Source of the DNA: Minisyncoccota bacterium
GTDB lineage: Bacteria > Patescibacteriota > Minisyncoccia > Phycocordibacterales > UBA918
Reading direction: 5' to 3'
NCBI GenBank assembly: GCA_041389005.1
Contig: JAWKSR010000001.1
Location: forward strand, 102,465-166,464
Length of the DNA: 64,000 nucleotides
Part shown: one piece after another, positions 31,258 through 40,264 of the stretch
Position numbering within the stretch: position 1 is the first letter of the stretch
Layout of the letters: each line of letters opens with the position of its first letter
The notes under the pieces: model-generated
The model's database searches: none
What the model was told of the DNA's origin: nothing
Seen by the model: only the letters and a program-made list of their open reading frames with translations
Program-made: the position numbers and the translations under genes

Positions 31258-32646
31258 ATGTCCCACGGAGGTACTGAAGAATTTTATAAAGAACGCGTCC
31301 CTCTTTTTGGTTTTCTGATTGGTTGGATGAGTGGAAACGACATGGACTACGGTCCAGTAGCATTTGCAGTGGCTGCCTCACTGTTAGTCTTAGCCTTGTT
31401 TATTTTTGGAGTTTCCGGCGGACAAATCTTGTCAGTTTTTTTTGCCATAATTCCGATTTGGTTACCAATTATTTTATTTCTATTATTTTTTGAAAAATGG
31501 AATGAAATGGTAGGGCTTAAGTTTTATTTAAACAACGGGCGCACAACACTACGTATCAAGTTGCCTCAAGAAGTTACTAAGTCACCAGAAGCAATGGAAT
31601 TTGTTATTGCTCAAATACACAACACTGCTAATCCAGACAATCTCATGCAAACGTATTTGGACGGAAAACGTCCATTACCCTTTTCTTTTGAAATTGTTTC
31701 CATTGGTGGCGAGTTACGCTTCTATGTAAATGTACCTACGAAAAAGACAAAAGATGCGTTTGAAGCGAATATGTATGCTCAATACCCAGGGATTGAGATT
31801 GTAGAGGAACCGGTTGATTATGCAGCAGAAATACCGGGAAGTTTTGACCCCAGTAAAACAACTGTCTTTGCAGTTCATATGGGTAAAAAGAAAGATGGCT
31901 TTCTGCCCATTAAGTCTTACGTGGAATATAAATTGGATACCATGCCAAAGGAAGAAGAGAAGGTTGATCCAATAACACCTATGCTTGAAGTCTTTGCCTC
32001 TCTCAAACAACATGAGCGCTTATACATGCAGATAATAGCAACTTCATATAGAAAAAGTAGTTTCAAAATGGGCCAACTGATGCTTGGTGAAGGTCCCGAT
32101 TGGAACAAACCCTTGTTTGAGTATATTAACAAACTCTTAAATCGCGACCCAGACAAAAGAACCTCACTTGGTGATGGACAATTTGAGGAGCAAACAAGGC
32201 TAACTCCCGGAGAACGCGATACCATCACCGCTATGGAGAGAAATGCTGACAAATACGCTTACAACGTAGGTATACGCTGGTTGTATATCAATAAGGAAGG
32301 AGGTTTTAATGGAGATCTCATTAACCCAGTCATTCGCTCATTTAGTCAGTATGATATAAATACACGCAATCAAATTGGTGTTCGCTGGCGTACAGATCTC
32401 AACTACAAAGATTTAATTCCTGGTAGCAAAAAACGAATCGACAGTATGAGAAAAGCAGAACTTAAACTCTATAAGTTGCGAAAGTATTTCAATAACAGTG
32501 GTGCAGATGAACCAAAAATCTTTACTTCAGAAGAATTGGCAACGATGTTCCATGTCCCTGGCAAAGTGGCTATGACACCAACTCTTAACCGTATTGAATC
32601 AACCCGCAGTGAAGCCCCGAGCAACCTACCGACAATGCCCCAGTGA
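31258..32646 (+). CDS. Hypothetical membrane protein (two N-terminal TM helices, ~400-aa soluble domain)
   Basis: ORF. TACAAT at 31243-31248 lies 9 nt from the ATG. No Walker motifs found. The C-terminal motif EELATMFHVPG is noted but not assigned. Confidence 0.5.
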   Translation: MSHGGTEEFYKERVPLFGFLIGWMSGNDMDYGPVAFAVAASLLVLALFIFGVSGGQILSVFFAIIPIWLPIILFLLFFEKWNEMVGLKFYLNNGRTTLRIKLPQEVTKSPEAMEFVIAQIHNTANPDNLMQTYLDGKRPLPFSFEIVSIGGELRFYVNVPTKKTKDAFEANMYAQYPGIEIVEEPVDYAAEIPGSFDPSKTTVFAVHMGKKKDGFLPIKSYVEYKLDTMPKEEEKVDPITPMLEVFASLKQHERLYMQIIATSYRKSSFKMGQLMLGEGPDWNKPLFEYINKLLNRDPDKRTSLGDGQFEEQTRLTPGERDTITAMERNADKYAYNVGIRWLYINKEGGFNGDLINPVIRSFSQYDINTRNQIGVRWRTDLNYKDLIPGSKKRIDSMRKAELKLYKLRKYFNNSGADEPKIFTSEELATMFHVPGKVAMTPTLNRIESTRSEAPSNLPTMPQ

Positions 32647-32654
32647 GCGTATGT

Positions 32655-33659
32655 ATGGAAATTGAACCAGAAATAATCCAGCCAATCAGTAATTCTAAAA
32701 GCAAGCAACTTGCACTATCTTTTGGTTTAGTCGTTCTTGTTTGTCTGTTAGTCTTTGCATACTTACAGAATCCCAGCCGTAACTTTCCGATTGGTGAGGC
32801 AGTGGTGATTGAAACTGGACTAAGTGCTGCCGCAATAGCTGATGAACTTAAAGATAAGGAAGTCGTTCGATCTCGATGGCTTTTATATGCCATTCTTGTG
32901 GCTTTTCATGACCCAGCATCAGTTAAAGCGGGAACCTACGTATTTGACGCTCCACTGAATACGTTTGCCATTGCATCACGCATCACGGATATCGCCCCAC
33001 CGGCTGACACTGTAGCGCTTACGTTTCCAGAGGGGTATACAGTTCACGAATACGCAACTATCGCGACAGCGGCGCTTCCACAGTTTAACGCTGTTGCTTT
33101 TAAAGAGTTAGCCAGTAGTAGCGAAGGTTACCTGTTCCCGGAAACCTATTTTGTGCCATACGATTATAATGAAGAGGAACTGTTTTTACTTTTACGTGCC
33201 ACCTACGATGAACGCACTCGACACTTGCAAGATGTATTGTCAAACAACAAGCTGACTGAAAATGGCATTGTGATCTTAGCGTCAATTGTGGAGAGGGAGG
33301 CGAACACCCCGGAGTCAATGGAGATGGTCGCTGGGATTCTATTGTCTCGTATTGTACTTGGTATGCCGCTACAGGTAGATGCGGCCATGGAATATGCACT
33401 TGCCACACCTCTACAGGAACTGCTTCCAGGTGAGCTTGCTCTACAGATAAGAGAACTGGATTCCCCTTACAACACCTATAAATACAAAGGTTTACCACCA
33501 ACACCGATTGGCAACCCGGGACTTACCGCTATTGAAGCTGTTTTAAACCCGAAAAATAGCGATTATCTGTTTTATATTACTGGTATTGATGGTGAGTTCT
33601 ATTATGCGGAAACACTGGAGGAACATAACCAAAACATTGCTCGATACTTACGCGAGTGA
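32655..33659 (+). CDS. mltG: Endolytic murein transglycosylase MltG (YceG-like)
   Basis: N-terminal TM helix and YceG core (LASIVEREA, YNTYKYKGLPPTPIGNPG). Confidence 0.85.
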   Translation: MEIEPEIIQPISNSKSKQLALSFGLVVLVCLLVFAYLQNPSRNFPIGEAVVIETGLSAAAIADELKDKEVVRSRWLLYAILVAFHDPASVKAGTYVFDAPLNTFAIASRITDIAPPADTVALTFPEGYTVHEYATIATAALPQFNAVAFKELASSSEGYLFPETYFVPYDYNEEELFLLLRATYDERTRHLQDVLSNNKLTENGIVILASIVEREANTPESMEMVAGILLSRIVLGMPLQVDAAMEYALATPLQELLPGELALQIRELDSPYNTYKYKGLPPTPIGNPGLTAIEAVLNPKNSDYLFYITGIDGEFYYAETLEEHNQNIARYLRE

Positions 33660-33671
33660 TAGGCTCATCTC

Positions 33672-34730
33672 ATGAAAAAGCAAGTGTTTGTAGGGATGTC
33701 TGGTGGGGTGGACTCTTCAGTAGCGGCGTTGCGTCTCAAACAGCAAGGATATGACGTCACTGGCGTATTCATAAAAGTATGGCACCCGGAGTGGCTTGTG
33801 TGTAACTGGGAGGCTGAGCGACTTGATGCTATGCGTGTTGCTGCACACCTCGAGATTCCGTTTTTAACCTGCAATGCACAGGAAGCTTACAAAAAAGGTG
33901 TGGCAGACTACTTTATTGCCGAGTACGAAGCTGGACGCACCCCAAATCCGGACGTGATGTGTAACCAGCACGTTAAATTCGGAGCTTTTCTGGAATTTGC
34001 CAAAAAGCACGGTGCAGACTACATCGCAACAGGACACTACGCCCAAAATCATTGTATAGATGGCACGTACACATTAAAACGCGGAAATGATACGGACAAA
34101 GACCAAAGCTATTTCTTGTGGACGCTAACGCAAGAGCAACTCCAACACATTCTTTTTCCAGTTGGGGACACCCCAAAAAGTACCATTCGCAAAGAAGCAG
34201 AAACAGCTAAATTACCAACCGCTAAAAAGCAAGACAGTCAAGGAATTTGTTTCTTAGGGCATATTGATATCCCTGAGTTTTTGTCTCATTACGTCAAACT
34301 TATACCTGGTGAAGTACGTAATAAAAGTGGGGAGGTCATAGGAGAACATACAGGGGCTCTTGTATACACCCTTGGTCAACGACACGGTTTTACACTTCAC
34401 ACCAAAACCAACCAAGAAATTCCACATTACGTTGTTAGCAAAGATATAAAAGCCAACACTATTACAGTCGATACCACTCCAGGGCAAAAGCAGGCAGATT
34501 CCAAAATAATACTCCAGCAGATAAACATCATTACTGACGTGCCAACTGATGAGCAGCTTGAAGTGCAATTCCGCTATCGACAAAAACCACTGCCATCTCA
34601 CATAACAGACGTACAAGCAAATTCACTTACAATCGAGCCGCAAATTACGTACCATACCCCCGCTCCTGGGCAGTCCTGTGTACTATACCAAGGAGATGTA
34701 TGCCTTGGAGGTGGTATCATCACTGCATAA
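33672..34730 (+). CDS. mnmA: tRNA 2-thiouridine(34) synthase MnmA
   Basis: PP-loop GMSGGVDSSVAA, a conserved Cys (NPDVMCN), and DKDQSYFL. Confidence 0.9.
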   Translation: MKKQVFVGMSGGVDSSVAALRLKQQGYDVTGVFIKVWHPEWLVCNWEAERLDAMRVAAHLEIPFLTCNAQEAYKKGVADYFIAEYEAGRTPNPDVMCNQHVKFGAFLEFAKKHGADYIATGHYAQNHCIDGTYTLKRGNDTDKDQSYFLWTLTQEQLQHILFPVGDTPKSTIRKEAETAKLPTAKKQDSQGICFLGHIDIPEFLSHYVKLIPGEVRNKSGEVIGEHTGALVYTLGQRHGFTLHTKTNQEIPHYVVSKDIKANTITVDTTPGQKQADSKIILQQINIITDVPTDEQLEVQFRYRQKPLPSHITDVQANSLTIEPQITYHTPAPGQSCVLYQGDVCLGGGIITA

Positions 34731-34754
34731 GCTAATAAAACGAAAGATTGTCTT

Positions 34755-35585
34755 ATGTCTGTAATGATTACCAAAGCCGATGATACCAGGGAACCTTTTA
34801 AAGCTACTAAGCTACGCCGCTCTTTGAAAAAAGCTGGTGCTACTGCTGAGGAAGTGAGTGATATTGTAGGGAGAATTGAGGGTCTCCTTTATGACGGCAT
34901 GTACACTGAGGAGATATACCGAAAAGCCTTTGAGTTTTTACGTGAAGGAGAAGGTCCAAGTGCCGCCCGCTATTCATTACGAAGAGCATTGTTTGGACTT
35001 GGACCAACTGGTTTTCCGTTCGAAGACTTTTTAACTCGTTTATTTGCCGCTGAAGGATACCAGACAAAAACAAGACTTATTATTAATGGAAAATGTACTG
35101 CGCATGAACTGGATGTAGCAGCATATAAAGCTGATGATTCATTTGTGGTGGAAGCCAAGTTTCATGCCCGTCCGGGGATTAAGTCAGACCTCCAAGTTGC
35201 ACTGTATTGCTACGCTCGGAAACTTGATCTAATGGATAAACCCGTCTGTAGCGCCGATGTCTGTGGAATTCAGGATTTTATGATAGTAACAAACACAAAA
35301 TTCACCTCTGCCGCCGAAGCGTACGCAGAGTGTGTCGGGCTAAAGTTACTAAGCTGGGATTATCCAAAACATCACAACCTACATGACAGGATTCAGGAGT
35401 CTGGCTTATATCCAATTACGGTACTGCAAAACCTTTCTAATGCGCAAAAACGTGCTCTTATCGAACGTGGAATCATTGTGTGCTCAGATCTACTTAAAAA
35501 ACCCCATATGTTACGTCACGCTCATTTAAGTCCGCGGAAGGTTGAGGCAGTACTTTCCGAGGCACGTCAACTAGGAGACCGGTAG
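34755..35585 (+). CDS. ATP-cone domain fused to a PD-(D/E)XK (Mrr-like) restriction-endonuclease-fold domain
   Basis: The N-terminal ~90 aa match the ATP-cone pattern (ITKADDTREPFKATKLRRSLKKAG...EEIYRKAFEFL). The core HELDVAAYKADDSFVVEAKFH fits D...(D/E)xK. A helical HhH-like C-terminus follows. Confidence 0.7.
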   Translation: MSVMITKADDTREPFKATKLRRSLKKAGATAEEVSDIVGRIEGLLYDGMYTEEIYRKAFEFLREGEGPSAARYSLRRALFGLGPTGFPFEDFLTRLFAAEGYQTKTRLIINGKCTAHELDVAAYKADDSFVVEAKFHARPGIKSDLQVALYCYARKLDLMDKPVCSADVCGIQDFMIVTNTKFTSAAEAYAECVGLKLLSWDYPKHHNLHDRIQESGLYPITVLQNLSNAQKRALIERGIIVCSDLLKKPHMLRHAHLSPRKVEAVLSEARQLGDR

Positions 35586-35675
35586 TGATGTTTGATATAA
35601 TAGCCTGTATCTCAGCGGTTTTTTACCTTATCGTAGTGCCGCGAGGCTAATAGTCAGTAATAACGCAGATTTTGT

Positions 35676-36224
35676 ATGTCAGAAGTAGAAAAACAGGAGA
35701 GTCAAAAAACAATAGTGGCTTTTGTAGCCGGTCTTTTAGTGGGTGGTTTGTTAGTGTGGGTATTTAGCGCTGATAATCACAAACAATCAGAGATGTCAGA
35801 TGAAATGAATGACTCAACAAGCACCATGGTGGATGAATCAGCTGATAGTCAAGCTGATACAGATGATATGGATACAAGTGACACTACCAACAGTACACGT
35901 GAATCGCAAAGCGGTGATGCCAGTATCGAGGTACGTGATCAAGCGGCTGGAAATGTTGTGGCAATCGAAGGAGCGGTATATCCAAACGATGAGGGTTGGA
36001 TGGGCGTAAAAGATTACAATGATGGACAGCTTTCTGGTTTGCTCGGGGTTGCTCGCTTTAGCAAGGAACAGGGTTTGACCCCAACTGAAGTTGAACTGCT
36101 ACGAGCCACTGAAGCCGGTAAGCAATACGCCATTGTTTACTTTACAGAAAACGGTGACCGAGAGTTTAGCTTAGCTACTGATGTGCAAATTGATGATGTG
36201 GTGGCGGTCTTTACAGCACGCTAA
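35676..36224 (+). CDS. Hypothetical membrane-anchored acidic protein
   Basis: 182 aa. N-terminal TM helix, Asp/Ser/Thr-rich linker, beta-rich C-terminal domain. Followed by the terminator at 36248-36271. Confidence 0.5.
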   Translation: MSEVEKQESQKTIVAFVAGLLVGGLLVWVFSADNHKQSEMSDEMNDSTSTMVDESADSQADTDDMDTSDTTNSTRESQSGDASIEVRDQAAGNVVAIEGAVYPNDEGWMGVKDYNDGQLSGLLGVARFSKEQGLTPTEVELLRATEAGKQYAIVYFTENGDREFSLATDVQIDDVVAVFTAR

Positions 36225-36247
36225 GTCATCTACAGAATGTATGAAAC

Positions 36248-36271
36248 AAAAAGCCCCTTTAAGGGCTTTTT
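36248..36271 (+). terminator. Intrinsic terminator
   Basis: aaaaagccc / gggcttttt stem with a T-run. Confidence 0.7.
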
Positions 36272-36312
36272 GTTATTAGAGTCTGTGTTGTTCTCGCGGT
36301 ATAATCAAAAGA

Positions 36313-37098
36313 ATGGCTGAATACGTAAAAAAATATAATCCAAACCGTAGTGCAGACTGGAATTATGGGGGACGTAAGTGGCGCTTATCCCGCTCAAAGA
36401 TTGATTTTTTTGTCGAGTGTCCTCGTTGTTTTTAACTCGATAACAAATTAGGTACTAAACGCCCCGGCTTTCCATCATTTAATCTTAACATTGCAGTTGA
36501 TGAGCTCTTTAAGAAAGAGTTCGATGTTCATCGACAAGCTGGCACCCCACATCCAGTAATGAATGAGTACAAACTCGAGGCTATTCCTTTCGCTCATAAG
36601 GAGCTCGAGACGTGGCGCGACAACTTTGCCGGGATAGAACATACTCATGAACCAACTGGATTAACGGTCAGCGGTGCAGTTGATGATATCTGGGTAACAC
36701 CAGAGAAAAAATTGATCATTGTCGACTATAAATCGACTTCTAAAGCTGACCGAATTTTAGAGCTATCTGACAGCCCGTGGGATCAGCAATACAAGCGCCA
36801 ACTTGGTGTATACAAGTGGCTCCTCGAACAAAATGGTTTTGACGTAGAAGACATTGGTTATCTTGTGTATGCCAATGCCAGTAAAGATGAACCAGGGTTT
36901 GATAATAAACTTGTTTTTGAGACTACCTTAGTCCCAGTGCCAGTCGAAACCGACTGGATAGAACCAACTTTAGACCACATTAAAGTGTGTTTGGAGTCTG
37001 ATGAATACCCTGAGAGTGGGGAACATTGTGAGTTTTGTCCATATCGCGAAGCGTGTGGGCAAAAGCTGCTTAAAATACACCAGAAGAAAGGTGTATAA
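36313..37098 (+). pseudogene. Cas4/RecB-like PD-(D/E)XK nuclease with a 4-Cys cluster, interrupted by an in-frame TAA
   Basis: The frame reads MAEYVKKYNPNRSADWNYGGRKWRLSRSKIDFFVECPRCF*LDNKLG... with the TAA at 36433-36435, where this family usually has C..CFYL. Core IIVDYKSTSK. C-terminal CEFCPYREAC completes a C-x-CxxC...CxxC-type pattern. Confidence 0.65.
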
Positions 37099-37214
37099 GC
37101 CATTTGTTTTTAGTGTATGATGAAGGCATGATTAGCAGTAATGGAACCATACTATGTACACGTGGCTATAAGTTGGCTACATAACATACGCTGGTTTTTC
37201 TAGTGTAATTCAGT

Positions 37215-37529
37215 ATGAAAAACAATAATCTGCGCGACCTACAAAAGCAAAGTGAGGAGTTTCAACGATTACTAAACACTCTCAAAAGCCAAGTTGAAGA
37301 CGCACGTGATCGTCTCACTAAAATCCCATTAGAGGCACAGTCTTTAAAATCTGAACTAAAAACTATTGAAAATAGGCGAGAAGACATTAAACAGTTATTG
37401 CGTGATCTAGGGAACGAGCAAAATAAGGTGCAACGCGACTTGCGTGAGACAGAGCGCGAATTAGTCAAACAAACAGATGCTGCTCATGAAGCCTCGCGTG
37501 AGCTTGATCAGCTCAGAAGAGTAGCTTAG
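37215..37529 (+). CDS. Hypothetical coiled-coil protein (104 aa)
   Basis: Heptad-rich and highly charged (Glu/Arg/Lys/Leu) ORF. Its stop is 3 nt from the next start. Confidence 0.4.
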   Translation: MKNNNLRDLQKQSEEFQRLLNTLKSQVEDARDRLTKIPLEAQSLKSELKTIENRREDIKQLLRDLGNEQNKVQRDLRETERELVKQTDAAHEASRELDQLRRVA

Positions 37530-37532
37530 CGT

Positions 37533-38117
37533 ATGTATACCTACAAAATTGAGCAAGCCATCAAAGCCGCTGCTATCTTGCATGACGGGCAACTTCGAAA
37601 GGGAAATGTACCACTTCCATACATTACACACTTATATGCAGTAGCAATGATTCTCGAGAGTTATACAGATGATGAAGACACTATTGTCGCTGGCCTACTC
37701 CACGATACGATTGAAGATACCGACTATACACCGAAGGAGCTGGAGGCCGATTTCGGGAAACAAGTTTGTGAGGCTGTGCTGGCAGTTACAGAACCAGTGG
37801 AGGATTTAAGCTGGAAAGAAGCCAAAAAGCAGTATGCTAAACAACTAAAAAAAGCCCCGGAACGTTCACTCATGGTAGCGGCTGCTGATAAGATTCATAA
37901 TATGCGTAGTATTGTAGAGGACTATTACACTGACCACACGCGCTTCAAAAATGATTTCAAAGGTTCATTAGAAGATCGTATGTTGATGTACCAAGATATC
38001 AGTAACGTACTTAACGCTCGTCTTTCTAATGATATTATTGCTGAATTCAACCACGTTTACACCGAATATAAGAATTTTATTGTCGATGTCAAAAAAACCA
38101 CAGAAAAAAGCAAGTAA
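37533..38117 (+). CDS. HD-domain protein, RelA/SpoT-type (p)ppGpp hydrolase-like (small alarmone hydrolase)
   Basis: AAILHDGQLRKG...PYITHLYAVAMIL...VAGLLHDTIEDT is the SpoT/Mesh1 hydrolase HD signature. At 194 aa there is no synthetase domain. Confidence 0.7.
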   Translation: MYTYKIEQAIKAAAILHDGQLRKGNVPLPYITHLYAVAMILESYTDDEDTIVAGLLHDTIEDTDYTPKELEADFGKQVCEAVLAVTEPVEDLSWKEAKKQYAKQLKKAPERSLMVAAADKIHNMRSIVEDYYTDHTRFKNDFKGSLEDRMLMYQDISNVLNARLSNDIIAEFNHVYTEYKNFIVDVKKTTEKSK

Positions 38118-39921
38118 TTTTAATTACGTTCCTAAGCAAGTGCTACCTAAGCTCACCGCAGTTAAAACAAACTGGGATTTGAAAGGACTTTACTATAAAA
38201 GTGAAACTGATCCACAGATAGAGGCGGATATTAGAAAAACTGAACAGGAATACAAAAAATTTGTTAAAAAATGTAAGGGTAAGAATTTTACAACATCGCC
38301 AAAAACACTAGCCCGTGCCCTAACTGAGAAAGAGCGGCTCTCCAATTTACCAGAGGTGTCTCGACCCGGTCGTTATTTTAGCTTTCGTGCTGTTCTAAAC
38401 AGCAACGACAAAGTAGCAGAGAAACATTTAGCACTTTTAAATCGTCGCTTTCAAAAGGTAAGTAACTCCATACTATTTTTTACACTAACCCTTGGAGAAC
38501 TATCTACGAAGGAGCAACAACGGCTTTTGCGGGCTCCAGAGCTTGCGAAATTTAACTATTATTTAAAACGCATTTTTGCTAATGCTAAACATCATTTGAG
38601 TGAAGATCAAGAAAAGATCATTAACCTTAAAAGCAGTCAAAGTTACGGGCGCTGGGTTGATATGACTGAAAAGGTATTGAGTAACCGATCTATTGTTTGG
38701 GATAACAAAAAAATACCACTACCCGAAGCTTCAGAGATGGTTACTGTTGTCCCGAAATCACAACGAAATAAATTGTGGCGTTTGCTCACTAATGAGTTTG
38801 AAAAAGTAGCTGAAATTGCTGAACATGAGTTTAATGCCATCATTACCGATGTCCGCACCGAAGATGAACTCCGAGGATACAAAAAACCATATAGTGCAAC
38901 CGCGCTAGGTTATGAAGATAGCGAAGCAAGTATTGAAAACCTTGTAAGCGCTGTGTCGAGTAAAGGTTTTAAACTAAGTCACAAATTTTACAAACTCAAA
39001 GCGGAGTTAAGTGGCAAACCGACAATTCCATACGCTAACAAATACGACAGTATTGGGAGCGAACCCATCATACCGTTTGAACAAGCGGTTGAAATCTGTC
39101 GTGACATTTTTTATGCCCTCAAACCCGTGTATGGGGAAATCTTCGACACCATGCTACTCAATGGACAAATAGATGTCTATCCAAAACAAGGGAAGCGCGG
39201 AGGTGCTTTTATGTCGAGTGAGACGAATCAGCCTACTCATGTGTTCCTTAATCATATGACAAATTTCAAGTCTCTTGAAACCTTGGCTCACGAAATGGGA
39301 CATGCGATTCATTCTGAGCGCTCAAAACAACAACCGCTTATATACCAAGGCCATTCGATCTCAACCGCTGAAACAGCCAGTACACTGTTTGAGAATTTGG
39401 TTTTTGACGCCGTGTATGAGCAATCTCCAGAAAAACAACGAATAGTTTTACTCCATGACCGCATCAGCCGTGATATTTCAACCATGCAGCGACAAATTGC
39501 TTTTTTCAATGCGGAGTTGGAAATCCATAATACTATTAACGAGCACGGGGCTATGAGCACAGATGAATTACGACAGTGTATGGCAAAACACCTCCAGAGT
39601 TATTTAGGTCCAGCAGTATCTGTTGATCCGCGTGACGGCTACTCTTTTGTCTATATTCCGCATCTGCGCTATGGATTTTACGTGTACACCTACACGTTTG
39701 GATTGCTCATGAGTACCACTATGGCAAATCACTACAAAAAAGATCAGTCGTACATGCAACAAATAGATGCTTTTCTGTCTTCTGGTTCATCAGCTTCAGT
39801 GGCGGATATTTTTAAAAGCATTGGCATACAAACGCAAAAAAGTGACGTCTATCTTGACGCACTTAATAACCATGCGGCAGATATCAAGAAATTTGAGCAG
39901 TTTGTAAAGGCAAAGAAATAG
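38086..39921 (+). CDS. pepF: M3-family oligoendopeptidase F-like metallopeptidase
   Basis: About 610 aa with the zinc motif HEMGHAIH. The start is uncertain (ORF opens at 38029 and overlaps the HD gene). Confidence 0.8.
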   Translation: MSKKPQKKASNFNYVPKQVLPKLTAVKTNWDLKGLYYKSETDPQIEADIRKTEQEYKKFVKKCKGKNFTTSPKTLARALTEKERLSNLPEVSRPGRYFSFRAVLNSNDKVAEKHLALLNRRFQKVSNSILFFTLTLGELSTKEQQRLLRAPELAKFNYYLKRIFANAKHHLSEDQEKIINLKSSQSYGRWVDMTEKVLSNRSIVWDNKKIPLPEASEMVTVVPKSQRNKLWRLLTNEFEKVAEIAEHEFNAIITDVRTEDELRGYKKPYSATALGYEDSEASIENLVSAVSSKGFKLSHKFYKLKAELSGKPTIPYANKYDSIGSEPIIPFEQAVEICRDIFYALKPVYGEIFDTMLLNGQIDVYPKQGKRGGAFMSSETNQPTHVFLNHMTNFKSLETLAHEMGHAIHSERSKQQPLIYQGHSISTAETASTLFENLVFDAVYEQSPEKQRIVLLHDRISRDISTMQRQIAFFNAELEIHNTINEHGAMSTDELRQCMAKHLQSYLGPAVSVDPRDGYSFVYIPHLRYGFYVYTYTFGLLMSTTMANHYKKDQSYMQQIDAFLSSGSSASVADIFKSIGIQTQKSDVYLDALNNHAADIKKFEQFVKAKK

Positions 39922-39943
39922 TAATTTGTTACAATAACGCAAT

Positions 39944-40222
39944 ATGAATCTACTTTTTTGGGGAATGACACTAGGAGTCATCGGCAAGGGCATGCTAGCA
40001 CTTGGGGTTGTGTGGGTGCACATACAGATGGCAAATGAGCGGAGTATTGACGAGTTAGTTATCCGGTCATTTCGGACAGAACTTATTATCACCTTACTCG
40101 GCTTCTTTTTGATTGTTCTTGGGTATGCTATGGAAGTTGCTTTTATGGGTGGATTCACTTATTTACTCACCTGTGACGGTGCAGCCTGCGCCGCCTCATT
40201 AGGCTCACTCCTCTCGCAATAA
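39944..40222 (+). CDS. Hypothetical small membrane protein (92 aa)
   Basis: ORF with 2-3 hydrophobic helices. Confidence 0.4.
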   Translation: MNLLFWGMTLGVIGKGMLALGVVWVHIQMANERSIDELVIRSFRTELIITLLGFFLIVLGYAMEVAFMGGFTYLLTCDGAACAASLGSLLSQ

Positions 40223-40264
40223 TCATAGGTTTTGTTATAGTGCTGACACTAAACTGTTTTGTTT

